From NCBI GenBank assembly GCA_029821755.1, contig JALGSV010000006.1:42018-106017 (forward strand): a stretch of 64,000 nucleotides of DNA. The letters are read 5' to 3'. Origin of the DNA: Candidatus Zipacnadum vermilionense. Its GTDB lineage: Bacteria > Armatimonadota > Zipacnadia > Zipacnadales > Zipacnadaceae. Positions 34,883-44,799 of the stretch are shown here, in pieces. Numbering within the stretch: the stretch's first letter is position 1; each line of letters starts with the position of its first letter. Made by a program: the position numbers and the translations under genes. The notes below the pieces were generated by a model. It did not search any database, was not told the origin of the DNA, and was given only the letters and a program-made list of their open reading frames with translations.

Positions 34883-36390
34883 ACTATATCCCTCCCCCGC
34901 GCCAGGTGGTGGAAGCTGGGGCGCAAGACGGTGAAGACCTCGGCCAGGAGGCTACACAGCGGCGCGTAGTGCTGGTGCTGCTCGGGCCGCGGGTCGTAGC
35001 GCTGCTTGAGGCGGATCGGCGCGGTCATGTCGGCCGGGGAGGCGTACAGCTCCGCGCCCAGACCGGCCAGCAGCGCCGCGCCGTGGCAGGTGACCTCCGG
35101 CGCATCCATGATCAGCACCGGCCGGCCGGTTACATCGGCCACTATCTGGTTGACCAGCGGCAAATTGCTCTGCCCGCCGGAGATGTGAATCTCCTCAATC
35201 TGCCCCTGGTGCACCTCCTCCTGCAGCCCCTGCAGCCGGCCCAGGGCCAGAGCGTTGCCCTCGATGACGGCGCGAATCAGGTGCCCCGCCGTGTGGTCCG
35301 GCCGCAGACCGAAGAATACGCCCCGGCAGTCGTCCTCCCACAGTGGTGCGCGCTGCCCCACCATGTAGGGCAGGAAGAGCAGGTCGGAGGGTGTATCCAG
35401 AGTCGCCTCGGCCAGCGCGGCCATCTGCTCGAAGCTCAACTCCGCCCCGGCCTGCTGGAGCACCCCGCGCAGCCAACTAAGTGCCGCCCCGCCGTAGTCC
35501 ACGTTCGCCGCGTGGACCCAGCGCCCCGGCACCGCGTGGTTGTGCATCTGCAGGTCCGTGTAGGGCTGCGGCGCGCGCAGGATCGAGGCCAGGACGCTAG
35601 CCGTGCCGAGGACCAGGAAGGACTGCCCGTCCTCCACCACTCCCGCTCCGGTCGCCGCTGCCAGCAGGTCCATGCACCCGGCAACCACCGGCAAGCCTTC
35701 GGCCAGACCGGTGGCAGCCGCGGCCTCGCGGGTCACCTCCCCCACCACCTGCGCGGGTGGGGTCATCGGCGGCAGCTTCTCCGCCGGCAGGTCAAAGCGT
35801 TCCAAGATCTTCGGCGACCAGTCGGCGATGCCCATGTCATACAGCAACGACATGCCGCCCTCGGTCAGATCGGTGGTGGCGGCGCCGGTCAGGCGGTAGA
35901 CCAGGAAGCCATTGGCGTGCAGGAGCCAGCGTGCGTTGGCGAGGGTCTCGGGCTCATGCGCGCGCAGCCAGAGCAGCTTGGGGAGGAGGTAGGAGGGGTC
36001 GATCCGGTTGCCGGAGAGGCGCATTATCTCCTCCTCGTCCATCGCCGCCCGGATCGCCTCGCACTCAGCCATGGAACGCCGGTCTAGCCAGAGCGGAGCG
36101 GGGCGCAGGACGCGACCGGCCTCGTCCACTGCCACCACAGCGCTGCTTTGGGAGGCAATCCCCACCGCCCGCGGCTGCAGGCCGGAGTCCCCCAGGACCT
36201 GCCGGATGGTGGCCGCGGAAGCCTCCCACCAAGTATCCGGGTCCTGCTCGGCCCAGCCGGGATGCGGGCGCGCGGTCGGGTAGTCGCGTTGGGCCGTGGC
36301 CAGAACGCGTCCCTCTAAGTCGAACAAAACGGTTTTCACGCTGGAGGTCCCCAGGTCCAGTCCCAGGAGAGCCTCCGAGGAAGCGGGCAT
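34879..36390 (-). CDS. FGGY-family carbohydrate kinase (xylulokinase-like)
   Basis: GLDLGTSSVK, AEQDP, WLDRR, LPKLLWL, FLPYMVGQRAP and SGG motifs. Confidence 0.92.
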   Translation of the reverse strand: MPASSEALLGLDLGTSSVKTVLFDLEGRVLATAQRDYPTARPHPGWAEQDPDTWWEASAATIRQVLGDSGLQPRAVGIASQSSAVVAVDEAGRVLRPAPLWLDRRSMAECEAIRAAMDEEEIMRLSGNRIDPSYLLPKLLWLRAHEPETLANARWLLHANGFLVYRLTGAATTDLTEGGMSLLYDMGIADWSPKILERFDLPAEKLPPMTPPAQVVGEVTREAAAATGLAEGLPVVAGCMDLLAAATGAGVVEDGQSFLVLGTASVLASILRAPQPYTDLQMHNHAVPGRWVHAANVDYGGAALSWLRGVLQQAGAELSFEQMAALAEATLDTPSDLLFLPYMVGQRAPLWEDDCRGVFFGLRPDHTAGHLIRAVIEGNALALGRLQGLQEEVHQGQIEEIHISGGQSNLPLVNQIVADVTGRPVLIMDAPEVTCHGAALLAGLGAELYASPADMTAPIRLKQRYDPRPEQHQHYAPLCSLLAEVFTVLRPSFHHLARGRDIV

Positions 36391-36437
36391 GAGTGCAACC
36401 TCGGATAGAGAAGTCGGAAGTCGAGAGTAGGTGGGAG

Positions 36438-36465
36438 ATTCGGCACGAGAGAACAATAATCCTTC
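36438..36465 (-). promoter_or_regulatory. SigH-like promoter GAAGGA-N17-CGAAT
   Basis: Upstream of the FGGY kinase that heads the catabolic run. Confidence 0.55.
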
Positions 36466-36663
36466 CAGCGAACAGGCAGGAGTTGGGAAGTGGGTAGGGG
36501 AATGGACAGCGGTCGCTCGCAGGTCAGGCGGAAGCCCGTAGATGAGCCGGGCTCTGCTATACAGAGGGGCCATCCCGGGCAACGTCCGCCCACCTGATGG
36601 GCTCTGGGCGGCTTCTGGCGCCCGCTCCGGGCTCTCTCTGCCCGGCATTAGGAGGAGCAACTC

Positions 36664-37329
36664 ATGTCCATGAACAACCACCAGCCTCTCGCGGAGACCA
36701 CTCCCGGCTTCCCCCGTTTGGGGGAGCCGGCGCCGGCTTTCGAGGCGCTTAGTACCCATGGCCCTCTGCGACTTAGCGAGATGCGCGGGCGCTGGGTCCT
36801 CCTTTTCTCGCACCCGGCCGATTTCACCCCGGTCTGCAGCACCGAGTTCCTGTCCCTGGCCAAGCTACAGCCGGAGTTCGCGGCGCGCGGCTGCCGCCTG
36901 GTGGGACTGAGCGTGGACAGCATCTTCTCCCACATCGCTTGGGCCCGGGAGCTGGAGCAACTGGGCGGGACCAAAATCACTTTCCCGATCATCGCCGATA
37001 CGGATATGCAGGTGGCACGCGCCTACGGAATGCTCCATCCGGGCGTCGGCGAGGCCGCAGCGGTACGGGCGGTGTTCTGGATCGATTCGGAGGGCCTGCT
37101 GCGGGCCATGATGTACTACCCGCCCACCACCGGCCGTAGCATGACGGAAATCCTGCGAGTGCTGGAGGCGCTGCAGATGGCGGACCATGAGAATGTGGCC
37201 ACCCCCGCCGACTGGCAGCCGAATGACCGCGTCATCGTCCCCGTCCCCCGCACCCAGGACGCCGCCGAAAGGCGCCTGGAAGAGGAGCCGGACTGCGAGA
37301 CGTGGTATCTGTGCCGGAGAAAAGCTTAG
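36664..37329 (+). CDS. Peroxiredoxin (Prx6-like)
   Basis: FSHPADFTPVCSTE, YYPPTTGR, TPADW and C-terminal CETWYLC motifs. Confidence 0.93.
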   Translation: MSMNNHQPLAETTPGFPRLGEPAPAFEALSTHGPLRLSEMRGRWVLLFSHPADFTPVCSTEFLSLAKLQPEFAARGCRLVGLSVDSIFSHIAWARELEQLGGTKITFPIIADTDMQVARAYGMLHPGVGEAAAVRAVFWIDSEGLLRAMMYYPPTTGRSMTEILRVLEALQMADHENVATPADWQPNDRVIVPVPRTQDAAERRLEEEPDCETWYLCRRKA

Positions 37330-37409
37330 TGGCAAGGTGGGGCATGGGGCAGGTGGGGATGACAGCGAGGGGAGCGGGGAGGGTCCGTTCCGATACCTGC
37401 CACTCCTTC

Positions 37410-37438
37410 TTGCACTCTGTGCAACTTCTACCTATAAT
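37410..37438 (+). promoter_or_regulatory. Sigma70 promoter TTGCAC-N17-TATAAT with an overlapping palindrome TTGCAC-TCT-GTGCAA
   Basis: Read directly from the sequence, upstream of the lipoprotein gene. Confidence 0.6.
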
Positions 37439-37521
37439 CCCTGCACTTCTTTGATTTCCTCGCGAGACCTTGGTTCCGGGCCGCTTGGCGGCTCGAATCC
37501 CTTCCACAGGGGGCGATTGCT

Positions 37522-38478
37522 GTGCGTGCAGTCTCCTTAGTGATGTTTATCCTCGGCCTGGCTCTCCTTACTCTGGGTGGCTGCCGGCCTGCCGCAACAA
37601 CTCCGCCCGTGACCGACACCGGGGGCCAGCAGCAGAAGGAACTCCAGGACATGAAGAAAGCCCTGGATCAATACGGCGGTAACCTGCAGGGCCTGCTGGA
37701 CGAATTCCGGCAGATGAAGGCCCAGCAGGAGGACACCGGCGGCGTCAAGGCCCTGGGGGAGGACATCCAGGTTTGCCGGGCCCTGTCGAGCGCGGCGCGG
37801 CGGGCGGCCAACGACAAGAAGCCCACCGAGACCGCGGCGGCCTTGAACCGGCTGGGGCCCGCGCTGATCTCTTTGCGGGCGACGCTGCCGGCGGCGCGCG
37901 TGGCGGAAGCGGTGGAGCGAGCCGCAGCGGCCCTCAACTCCTACGAGACCGAAGATGCGGTCAAGATCGCCTCGCGCGACCTGATGCAGGCCCAGGAGAT
38001 CCGCGGCAGCGCCCCGGCCACGCTGGCCCCCGACATCCTAAAGGACCTGGAGAGCGCCAAACAGCAGGTGGGGAAGTCGGACATCTCGGCGGCCAACCAG
38101 ACGCTGCTGAGGATCATCGATACGTTGGCCGGCGATGAATCGGTACGCAGCGCCGCCCAGGCCCTGGCCACCGGGCGCGGCGCGCAGGAGGCGCTGGGCC
38201 GCGAGGCGTGGGGCGTAGTCCTGGCCGAGCTGGACAATCTCGACGCGCTCCTGGCCGCGCTGGGACAGAAGGTGGAGGGCGCCAAGACGGCCCTAGCGGG
38301 CGAGAAGCCCCTGGCCACCGCTGGCGGCGAGACCAAGCCCGAGACGCCGCCAACCGGCACCCCGCCGGCAACCGAAGCGCTAGTCGCGGAGACGCAACCG
38401 GCCGCAGGGACAGCCCCGGCTCCACCGGCGACTCCGGCGGCTCCAGCGACAGGGGCGGCGACGAGTAGTACGAGGTAG
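37522..38478 (+). CDS. Helical lipoprotein of unknown function
   Basis: Hydrophobic signal with an LGGC lipobox; Ala-rich helices and a Pro/Ala/Thr tail. Confidence 0.75.
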   Translation: MRAVSLVMFILGLALLTLGGCRPAATTPPVTDTGGQQQKELQDMKKALDQYGGNLQGLLDEFRQMKAQQEDTGGVKALGEDIQVCRALSSAARRAANDKKPTETAAALNRLGPALISLRATLPAARVAEAVERAAAALNSYETEDAVKIASRDLMQAQEIRGSAPATLAPDILKDLESAKQQVGKSDISAANQTLLRIIDTLAGDESVRSAAQALATGRGAQEALGREAWGVVLAELDNLDALLAALGQKVEGAKTALAGEKPLATAGGETKPETPPTGTPPATEALVAETQPAAGTAPAPPATPAAPATGAATSSTR

Positions 38479-38610
38479 CACTCCCGAGCACTGACCCTGG
38501 ACGCGTCTGCGCGGCCGGTGTCTGTCCCCGTCGTTTGCGGCCCTACCGGGCGCGACGATGTGGTGCCCAGGCGCTGGAAGCCCGGCCCACGCGGAAGAGA
38601 AGCAATCCCC

Positions 38611-41600
38611 ATGGCAGCCAACTTCGCACACCTGCACGTCCACAGCGAGTACAGCCTGCTTGACGGCGCCTGCCGCATCAAGGACCTGGCCGCGCGCGCG
38701 GCGGAGTTGGAGATGCCGGCGATGGCCCTCACCGACCACGGGGTCATGTATGGGGCCATTGACTTCTACCAGGCCTGCCAGAAGGCCGGGGTCAAGCCGA
38801 TCCTGGGCTGCGAGGTCTACGTCGCCGCCCGCACTCGCTTCGACCGCGAGGGGCAGATCGACCGCGCCAATTGCCACTTGACCCTCCTCGCTGAGACCCT
38901 CGACGGTTACCGCAACCTGCTCAAGATTGTCTCCGCCTCCCATCTGGAAGGCTTCTACTACCGGCCCCGCGTGGATATGGAGCTGCTGGACCAGTACCAC
39001 GAGGGGATCATCGCCATGAGCGCCTGCCTGCAAGGCGCCGTGGCCCAGGCAGTAGTGCAACAGTCAGTCAATGCCGCCGCCGACCAGGCCGCACGCCTGC
39101 GGGAGATCTTCGGGGCCGACCACTTCTACCTGGAGCTGATGGACAACGGCCTGCCTCAGCAGCTCCGCGCCAACGCCGGCCTGCGCGAGGTGGCCGCGCG
39201 CCTGGACCTCCCGCTGGTCGCCACCAACGATGCGCACTACCTCCATCAGGCCGACGCCGAGATGCATGACGTGCTCCTGTGCATCCAGACCGGCGCGACC
39301 CTGCACGAGGCCAATCGCCTCAAGTTCGACACCGACCAGTTCTACCTGCGCACGCCCAGCGAGATGGCCGCGCTGTTCCCCGACTGCCCCGAGGCCCTGA
39401 CCAACACGATAGAGGTCGCCGAGCGCTGCAACGTGGAGCTGAAGCTGGGCGAATTGATGCTACCCCGCTTCGACGTGCCGGAGGGACATGACCTGTCCAG
39501 CTACCTCCGCCACCTGTGCGAACAGGCTCTCCCCACTCGCTACGGGGCGCAAGTTTCGCCCGAGGCCATCGATCGGCTCAACTACGAGCTGGACGTCATT
39601 GATCAGTGCAACTACTCTGGGTACTTCCTGATCGTCAGTGACTTCGTCCAGGAGGCCAAGCGGCGGGGGATGCTGGTCGGACCAGGACGCGGCTCGGCCA
39701 CGGCCAGCGTCGTCGCCTATCTGCTGGGCATCGTGGATGTGGACCCCCTGCGCTACGGGCTGATCTTCGAGCGCATGCTCAACCCCGAGCGCAAGAGCCC
39801 GCCCGATATTGACATGGACTTCCCGGACGACCGCCGGGAAGAGATCATGGAGTACGTCAAGGAGAAGTACGGCCGCGAACAGGTCGCGCAGGTGGGCACC
39901 TTCAACACCATGGGCCCCCGCGCGGCCATCCGCGACGTGGGGCGGGTGCTGGGCGTGGCCCTGGATAAGGTGGATCGCGTGGCCAAGCTGGTGCCCGGCG
40001 TCAAGGCCTCCATCGCCGACGCGCTCGATCAGGTCCCGGAGCTGCAGGCCTTGGTGCGCGAGGACAGCGAGGTCGCCCGGGTCATGGACCTGGCCAGCCG
40101 CCTAGAGGGCCTGGCCCGACACGTCTCCGTCCACGCCGCTGCTGTCGTGATTTCCGACCGGGTGCTGACCGACTACGTCCCCCTTCGCGGTGAGAAGGAT
40201 GGCACCATCTCCACCCAGTACGCCATGAACCCCGTGGTAGAGGTGGGCCTGGTGAAGATGGACTTCCTGGGGCTCAAGACCCTGACCGTCATCGACCGCA
40301 CGGTGCAGGCGGTCAAGCGCAACCACGGCGTCGAGGTCGACCTGTACAATCTGCCACTGGATGACGAGAAGACCTACGACCTGCTCAGCCGGGGTGACAC
40401 GGTGGCAGTGTTCCAGCTGGAAAGTGAGGGCATGCGCCAGCTCCTGCGGGACCTGCAGCCCAACCGCTTCGAGCACGTCATCGCCCTGGTGGCGCTCTAC
40501 CGCCCCGGCCCTATGGCCAGCGCCCCGCAGTTCTGCGCCGGCCGCCACGGGGCAATTGTGGAGTATCTCGACCCGCGTCTCAAGCCCCTGCTGGAGGAGA
40601 CCTACGGCGTCATCCTCTACCAAGAGCAGGTTATGCAGATCGCCCAGGAGATCGCCGGCTTCTCCATGCCGCAGGCCGAAATCATCATGCGGGCCATGGC
40701 CAAGAAGCAGGCCGCGAAGATGGAGCAGATGAAGCCGCTGTTCCTCGAGGGCTGCCTCAAGAACGGTCTATCCCCGGAAGCTACCCAGACGCTATTTGAG
40801 CGGATGGAGACCTTCAGCAACTACGGTTTCAACAAGTCGCACTCCGCCGGCTACGGGCTGGTCGCCTACTGGACGGCATACCTGAAGGCCAACTACGCGG
40901 CCGAGTTCATGGCCGCGCATCTGTCCACCGTCATGGACAAGAGCGAAGACGTAGCCAAGGCGGTCACCGAGGTCCGGCGGCTGGGGCTGAAGGTCCGCCC
41001 GCCGTCGGTGAACCAGTCCGAGGCGGGGTTCTCCGTAGCCGAGGGGGACGTGGTCTTTGGGCTGGCGGCGATCAAGGGTTTCGGGCTGGCCGGGGCGGAG
41101 GCGATCGTGGCGGAGCGGGAGGCGGGGGGACCCTTCGGGGGGCTGTGGAACTTCTGTCGGAGGATGCCGGGCGACAAGGTGCAGCGGGCGGCGATCAAGA
41201 CGCTGGCAGAGGCGGGGGCCTTCGACAAGTTTGGCGAGCGCAATGCCGTCCTGGCCGTGGTGGAGCAAGCGGCGGCAGCGGGGCAGAGGCATCAGCGAGA
41301 TCAGGCGGAGGGCCAGGGCGCCTTTTCGTTTGGGGAGACGCCGGTGACGTCCGAGGCCCCGGGGGCGGGATCGCTGGCTGAGCCGGCCCTGCCCGACGTG
41401 CCTCCTATGTCCGACGAGGACCTCCTCGACGTGGAGCGCCGGGTGCTGGGGTTGTACGTCTCCGCGCACCCGCTGGAGAAGAACGCCGACCGCGTGGCCC
41501 AGTGCACCACGGCCCGCGTGGAGGACGTGAGCGAATACCCCACCAAGTGCCCGTTGCAGGTGGCCGGGCTGGTGGAGGAGGCACGCCGCCACCTGACCCG

Positions 41601-42240
41601 CAAGGGCGACCCCATGATGTACGTCACCCTCCAGGGCGTCGCCGATTCGGTAGAGGTAACCGTCTTCCCCTCGGCCTTCGAGGCCTGCGTGGATATTCTG
41701 GTCCCGGGGAACCTCGCCGTCGTCGCCGGCAAGGTGGAGCGGCGCGACCGCAACGGCAACAGCGGCGAGCATCGCAGCGGCGGGGCCAAGCTGCTGTGCG
41801 ACCGGGCCTGGCCCCTGGCGGAGGCGCCCAAAGTCTATAAGAAGAAGAAAGGGGAGGCCGAGGAAGCCCGTCGGCGCTATGCGGCGGAGCTAGCCGCTCC
41901 CCCTCCCCCGCCGCCGCCGAATGTAGTCATCGAGATCGACGCGCTGACCATGGTGCCGGAGGACCTGCGCGACGTGCGGGGGCTGCTGGAGCAGTTCCCC
42001 GGCTATCAGCACGTCGTGCTGCGTTACCTGGGCAACGGCACCCGCCGGCGCGTCCGCTTGGGCGACCGCTTCCGGGTCAACCTGGACGGCGACCTCTCAG
42101 TCCGGGCGCGCAAGCTACCGGTGGTGCTGGGCATCTACGAGGAGAAAGCAGCAGCAACGCCCGCTGCGGCGACACCGGCAGCGACGCCCGCGCCGCTGGA
42201 GGGCGCAGCGGACGATGCCGACTTCGCGGGGTACGAGTAG
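38611..42240 (+). CDS. dnaE: DNA polymerase III alpha subunit
   Basis: HLHVHSEYSLLDG PHP domain, GPGRGSA, PDIDMDF, KMDFLGL and FNKSH motifs. Confidence 0.98.
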   Translation: MAANFAHLHVHSEYSLLDGACRIKDLAARAAELEMPAMALTDHGVMYGAIDFYQACQKAGVKPILGCEVYVAARTRFDREGQIDRANCHLTLLAETLDGYRNLLKIVSASHLEGFYYRPRVDMELLDQYHEGIIAMSACLQGAVAQAVVQQSVNAAADQAARLREIFGADHFYLELMDNGLPQQLRANAGLREVAARLDLPLVATNDAHYLHQADAEMHDVLLCIQTGATLHEANRLKFDTDQFYLRTPSEMAALFPDCPEALTNTIEVAERCNVELKLGELMLPRFDVPEGHDLSSYLRHLCEQALPTRYGAQVSPEAIDRLNYELDVIDQCNYSGYFLIVSDFVQEAKRRGMLVGPGRGSATASVVAYLLGIVDVDPLRYGLIFERMLNPERKSPPDIDMDFPDDRREEIMEYVKEKYGREQVAQVGTFNTMGPRAAIRDVGRVLGVALDKVDRVAKLVPGVKASIADALDQVPELQALVREDSEVARVMDLASRLEGLARHVSVHAAAVVISDRVLTDYVPLRGEKDGTISTQYAMNPVVEVGLVKMDFLGLKTLTVIDRTVQAVKRNHGVEVDLYNLPLDDEKTYDLLSRGDTVAVFQLESEGMRQLLRDLQPNRFEHVIALVALYRPGPMASAPQFCAGRHGAIVEYLDPRLKPLLEETYGVILYQEQVMQIAQEIAGFSMPQAEIIMRAMAKKQAAKMEQMKPLFLEGCLKNGLSPEATQTLFERMETFSNYGFNKSHSAGYGLVAYWTAYLKANYAAEFMAAHLSTVMDKSEDVAKAVTEVRRLGLKVRPPSVNQSEAGFSVAEGDVVFGLAAIKGFGLAGAEAIVAEREAGGPFGGLWNFCRRMPGDKVQRAAIKTLAEAGAFDKFGERNAVLAVVEQAAAAGQRHQRDQAEGQGAFSFGETPVTSEAPGAGSLAEPALPDVPPMSDEDLLDVERRVLGLYVSAHPLEKNADRVAQCTTARVEDVSEYPTKCPLQVAGLVEEARRHLTRKGDPMMYVTLQGVADSVEVTVFPSAFEACVDILVPGNLAVVAGKVERRDRNGNSGEHRSGGAKLLCDRAWPLAEAPKVYKKKKGEAEEARRRYAAELAAPPPPPPPNVVIEIDALTMVPEDLRDVRGLLEQFPGYQHVVLRYLGNGTRRRVRLGDRFRVNLDGDLSVRARKLPVVLGIYEEKAAATPAAATPAATPAPLEGAADDADFAGYE

Positions 42241-42285
42241 GGAAACGACAGTGGCCCGTGGGGAGGAGACGGGAGGAAAGCGCGG

Positions 42286-43686
42286 ATGAGCGAATACTTG
42301 AGGGTGATTGAGGCCCGGGACGACGACAGCGCGTTCCGGGCGTTTAAGACGCAGCGATATGGGCTCGGCCCGAGGGCCGGACAAATCGATCTGGACCTAC
42401 GGAATGAGGTTCACGACATCTTGCACAACGTGGGCTATCACGACGACGGGGTCCTAGCGACATATGAGCGGCGGGGGGCCGCTTACTACGACGACGGGAT
42501 GCTCGTCAAGTGGGAAACCCAGCTCGACTGTCCCACCTATACCCGCGAGCACATTCGCGTGTCGGAAGACGACATAGAGGCCGCTTACGAGAAGGTCTCT
42601 GCGGAGCATCCGGAGCACCTGGCGGCGCTGAAGTCGGCGATTGAGAATGTGCGGGCGTACCATGAGCGGGAAGTGCAGCAGGGATGGCGGGAGGATATCG
42701 GCGGGCTGAGCCTGGGGAGCCGGGTGAGACCGCTGGAATCGGTGGGGATTTATGTGCCGGCGGGGCAGGCGCCGCTTCCGTCGAGCTTGTACATGTGCGC
42801 GGTCCCGGCGCAGGTGGCCGGGGTGAAGCGCCTAGCCGTGTGCAGCCCGCCGCGCAGGGATGGAAACGTGGACCCGCTGACCTTGGTTGCGGCGAAGGAG
42901 ACGCACGTGACGGAGGTGTACCGGCTGGGTGGGGCGCAGGCGATTGGGGCGATGGCATGGGGAAGCAAGAGGGAGCCCGAGACGCCGGGGTACCCCTGGA
43001 CTGTCGCCCCGGTGGACAAGATCGTGGGGCCGGGGAATCGGTGGGTAGTGGAGGCCAAGCGCCAGGTCTTTGGGGCGGTCGGGATTGACTCGCTGGCGGG
43101 GCCGAGCGAGTCGGCGATGATCGCGGATGACTCGGCGGACCCGGAGCTGGTGGCGGCCGACCTGCTCTCGCAGGCCGAGCACTCTGGGGACAATACGGTG
43201 GTGCTGCTGACGCCCTCAGAGCGGCTGGCGGCGGCGGTACAGGCAGCGATTCCGGCGCAGGTCGCCACCCTGGAGCGGGCGGAGTTGATCGGGCGGTCGC
43301 TACAGGAGCAGGGGGCGCTGGTGCTGGTGCGGGACCTGGCCCACGCCGCGGCGCTCGTCTCGGAGCTGGCCCCGGAGCATCTGGAGCTGGCGGTGCAGGA
43401 CCCGGAGGCGCTGGCCGAGCGCGTCGAGAACGCCGGCTGCATCTTCCTGGGCCACCGGGCGGCGGTGCCGCTGGGGGACTATGCGGCCGGGCCCAGCCAC
43501 GTCCTGCCCACCGGCGGCACGGCGAGGTTCTCCTCGCCGCTATCGGTGCAGGATTTCGTCAAGCGGACCTCACTGGTGGGGGTGTCGGAGGAAGGCCTGC
43601 GGAGAATCGGCCCGGACGTGATCGCGCTGGCCGAGGCGGAGGGCCTGACCGCGCACGCGGAGGCGGTGCGGAGGCGGTTGCAGTAA
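42286..43686 (+). CDS. hisD: Histidinol dehydrogenase with N-terminal inserts
   Basis: GIYVP, GGAQAI, VDKIVGPGN, AGPSE, SQAEH, APEHL, GDY and HVLPT motifs. Confidence 0.93.
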   Translation: MSEYLRVIEARDDDSAFRAFKTQRYGLGPRAGQIDLDLRNEVHDILHNVGYHDDGVLATYERRGAAYYDDGMLVKWETQLDCPTYTREHIRVSEDDIEAAYEKVSAEHPEHLAALKSAIENVRAYHEREVQQGWREDIGGLSLGSRVRPLESVGIYVPAGQAPLPSSLYMCAVPAQVAGVKRLAVCSPPRRDGNVDPLTLVAAKETHVTEVYRLGGAQAIGAMAWGSKREPETPGYPWTVAPVDKIVGPGNRWVVEAKRQVFGAVGIDSLAGPSESAMIADDSADPELVAADLLSQAEHSGDNTVVLLTPSERLAAAVQAAIPAQVATLERAELIGRSLQEQGALVLVRDLAHAAALVSELAPEHLELAVQDPEALAERVENAGCIFLGHRAAVPLGDYAAGPSHVLPTGGTARFSSPLSVQDFVKRTSLVGVSEEGLRRIGPDVIALAEAEGLTAHAEAVRRRLQ

Positions 43687-43689
43687 TCA

Positions 43690-43766
43690 GCGGGGTGCGG
43701 GCTTGCCAGTCCGCTATCGATACCCACCAACAAAAGAGGGGCAGGCTCGAAAGCCCGCCCACGCGG
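43690..43766. repeat. Degenerate family B REP doublet between convergent hisD and hpf
   Basis: GGTGCGGGCTTGCCAGTCCGC ... GGCAGGCTCGAAAGCCCGCCCACGCGG. Confidence 0.65.
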
Positions 43767-43787
43767 AATCTTCTGGTAAAACGACCC

Positions 43788-44369
43788 CTACAGACCTCGC
43801 GTCTCCGGCTCGATCAGCCCGTAGCCGCCGGCCTTGCGGCGATAGACGACGCCGACCTGCTCCGTCTCGCCGTCCATGAAGACGAAGAAGTCGTGGCCCA
43901 GCAGTTCCATCTGCAAAGCGGCTTCCTCCGGGGTCATGGGCTTCATCTCGAAGGCCTTGGTCCGCACAATCCGAATGCCCTCCGGCTCCTCTTCTTCCGC
44001 TTCCTCCACCAGCAGCGCCGGCTCCTCGAGCAATTCCGGACCGCCCTTGCCGGTAGCCAGGGTGCGGAGCGACTCATGGCCGAAACTGTTCCGCCGCTCC
44101 TTGATCTTCGTCAACTGGCGCTCCATGCGGGGGAGAGCCTTGTCAAAGGCGCGTATGGGGTCGTCGCCGCGTTCCTCCGCCCGCAGCAGCGCGCCGTGCA
44201 GTTGCACCGTCATGTCCACGGTCCGCCAGTTGCGTTGCGCCGCAACGGTGACCCTGACTCCCTCAATCCGCTCGTATACACGGGTCAGCCCCTCCACCCG
44301 CGGCTGGGCATGCTCCTCGAACTTCTGCTGCCCCTCATCCATGTTGCGGTACACGAAAGTGATGTGCAC
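43788..44369 (-). CDS. hpf: Ribosome hibernation promoting factor (long HPF)
   Basis: C-terminal KPMTPEEAALQMELLGHDFFVF...VVYRRKAGGYGLIEP. Confidence 0.93.
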   Translation of the reverse strand: MHITFVYRNMDEGQQKFEEHAQPRVEGLTRVYERIEGVRVTVAAQRNWRTVDMTVQLHGALLRAEERGDDPIRAFDKALPRMERQLTKIKERRNSFGHESLRTLATGKGGPELLEEPALLVEEAEEEEPEGIRIVRTKAFEMKPMTPEEAALQMELLGHDFFVFMDGETEQVGVVYRRKAGGYGLIEPETRGL

Positions 44370-44486
44370 AGTACTTGAAACTCTCCCTTATACCTAGGCG
44401 TCCTCAAACGGCTTGGGTGTGATCCACCAAGCCGGGGAAGAAACCCGCGAAGCCGGTGAAGCATTCCCCACAAGTGGGGGGGGGTG

Positions 44487-44762
44487 TCACCAGGGCTGTG
44501 CGGCTTCGTCCTCTGCGGAGGGGGGCACTTCTTCGGCGGGGGGAGCTTCCGCGACTACCGCGGTGCGGCAGACGCGAGCCGCTTGCGGCCCGCGGTCGGT
44601 AGTCACGATGTCAAACTCCACTTCCTCCCCGTCGTCCAGGGCCTTGTACCCGTCCATCTCGATGGAAGAGAAGTGGACGAATACATCCTCCTGGTCCTCC
44701 CGAGCGATGAAGCCATAGCCCTTGCGGGCGTCGAACCACTTAACACGCCCTCGGAGCCGCAT
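44487..44762 (-). CDS. Cold-shock domain protein with acidic tail
   Basis: [22 protein letters not shown] and GPQA motifs. Confidence 0.93.
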   Translation of the reverse strand: MRLRGRVKWFDARKGYGFIAREDQEDVFVHFSSIEMDGYKALDDGEEVEFDIVTTDRGPQAARVCRTAVVAEAPPAEEVPPSAEDEAAQPW

Positions 44763-44799
44763 CCTCAGTCCCTCCCGACAAGTGCTCTGGGACGGCACA

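Noticed and set aside
37473-37505. tRNA-like GGCTCGAATCCC
   Set aside because: No cloverleaf, D-arm or acceptor stem; it is a simple hairpin.
41335-41346. GAGACGCCGGTG (ETPV) in the dnaE linker as a REP insertion
   Set aside because: Only 12 nt match without the other hairpin arm; could be chance in GC-rich DNA.
38611-42240. Intein or split in dnaE
   Set aside because: Continuous canonical motifs and normal length; no intein signatures seen.
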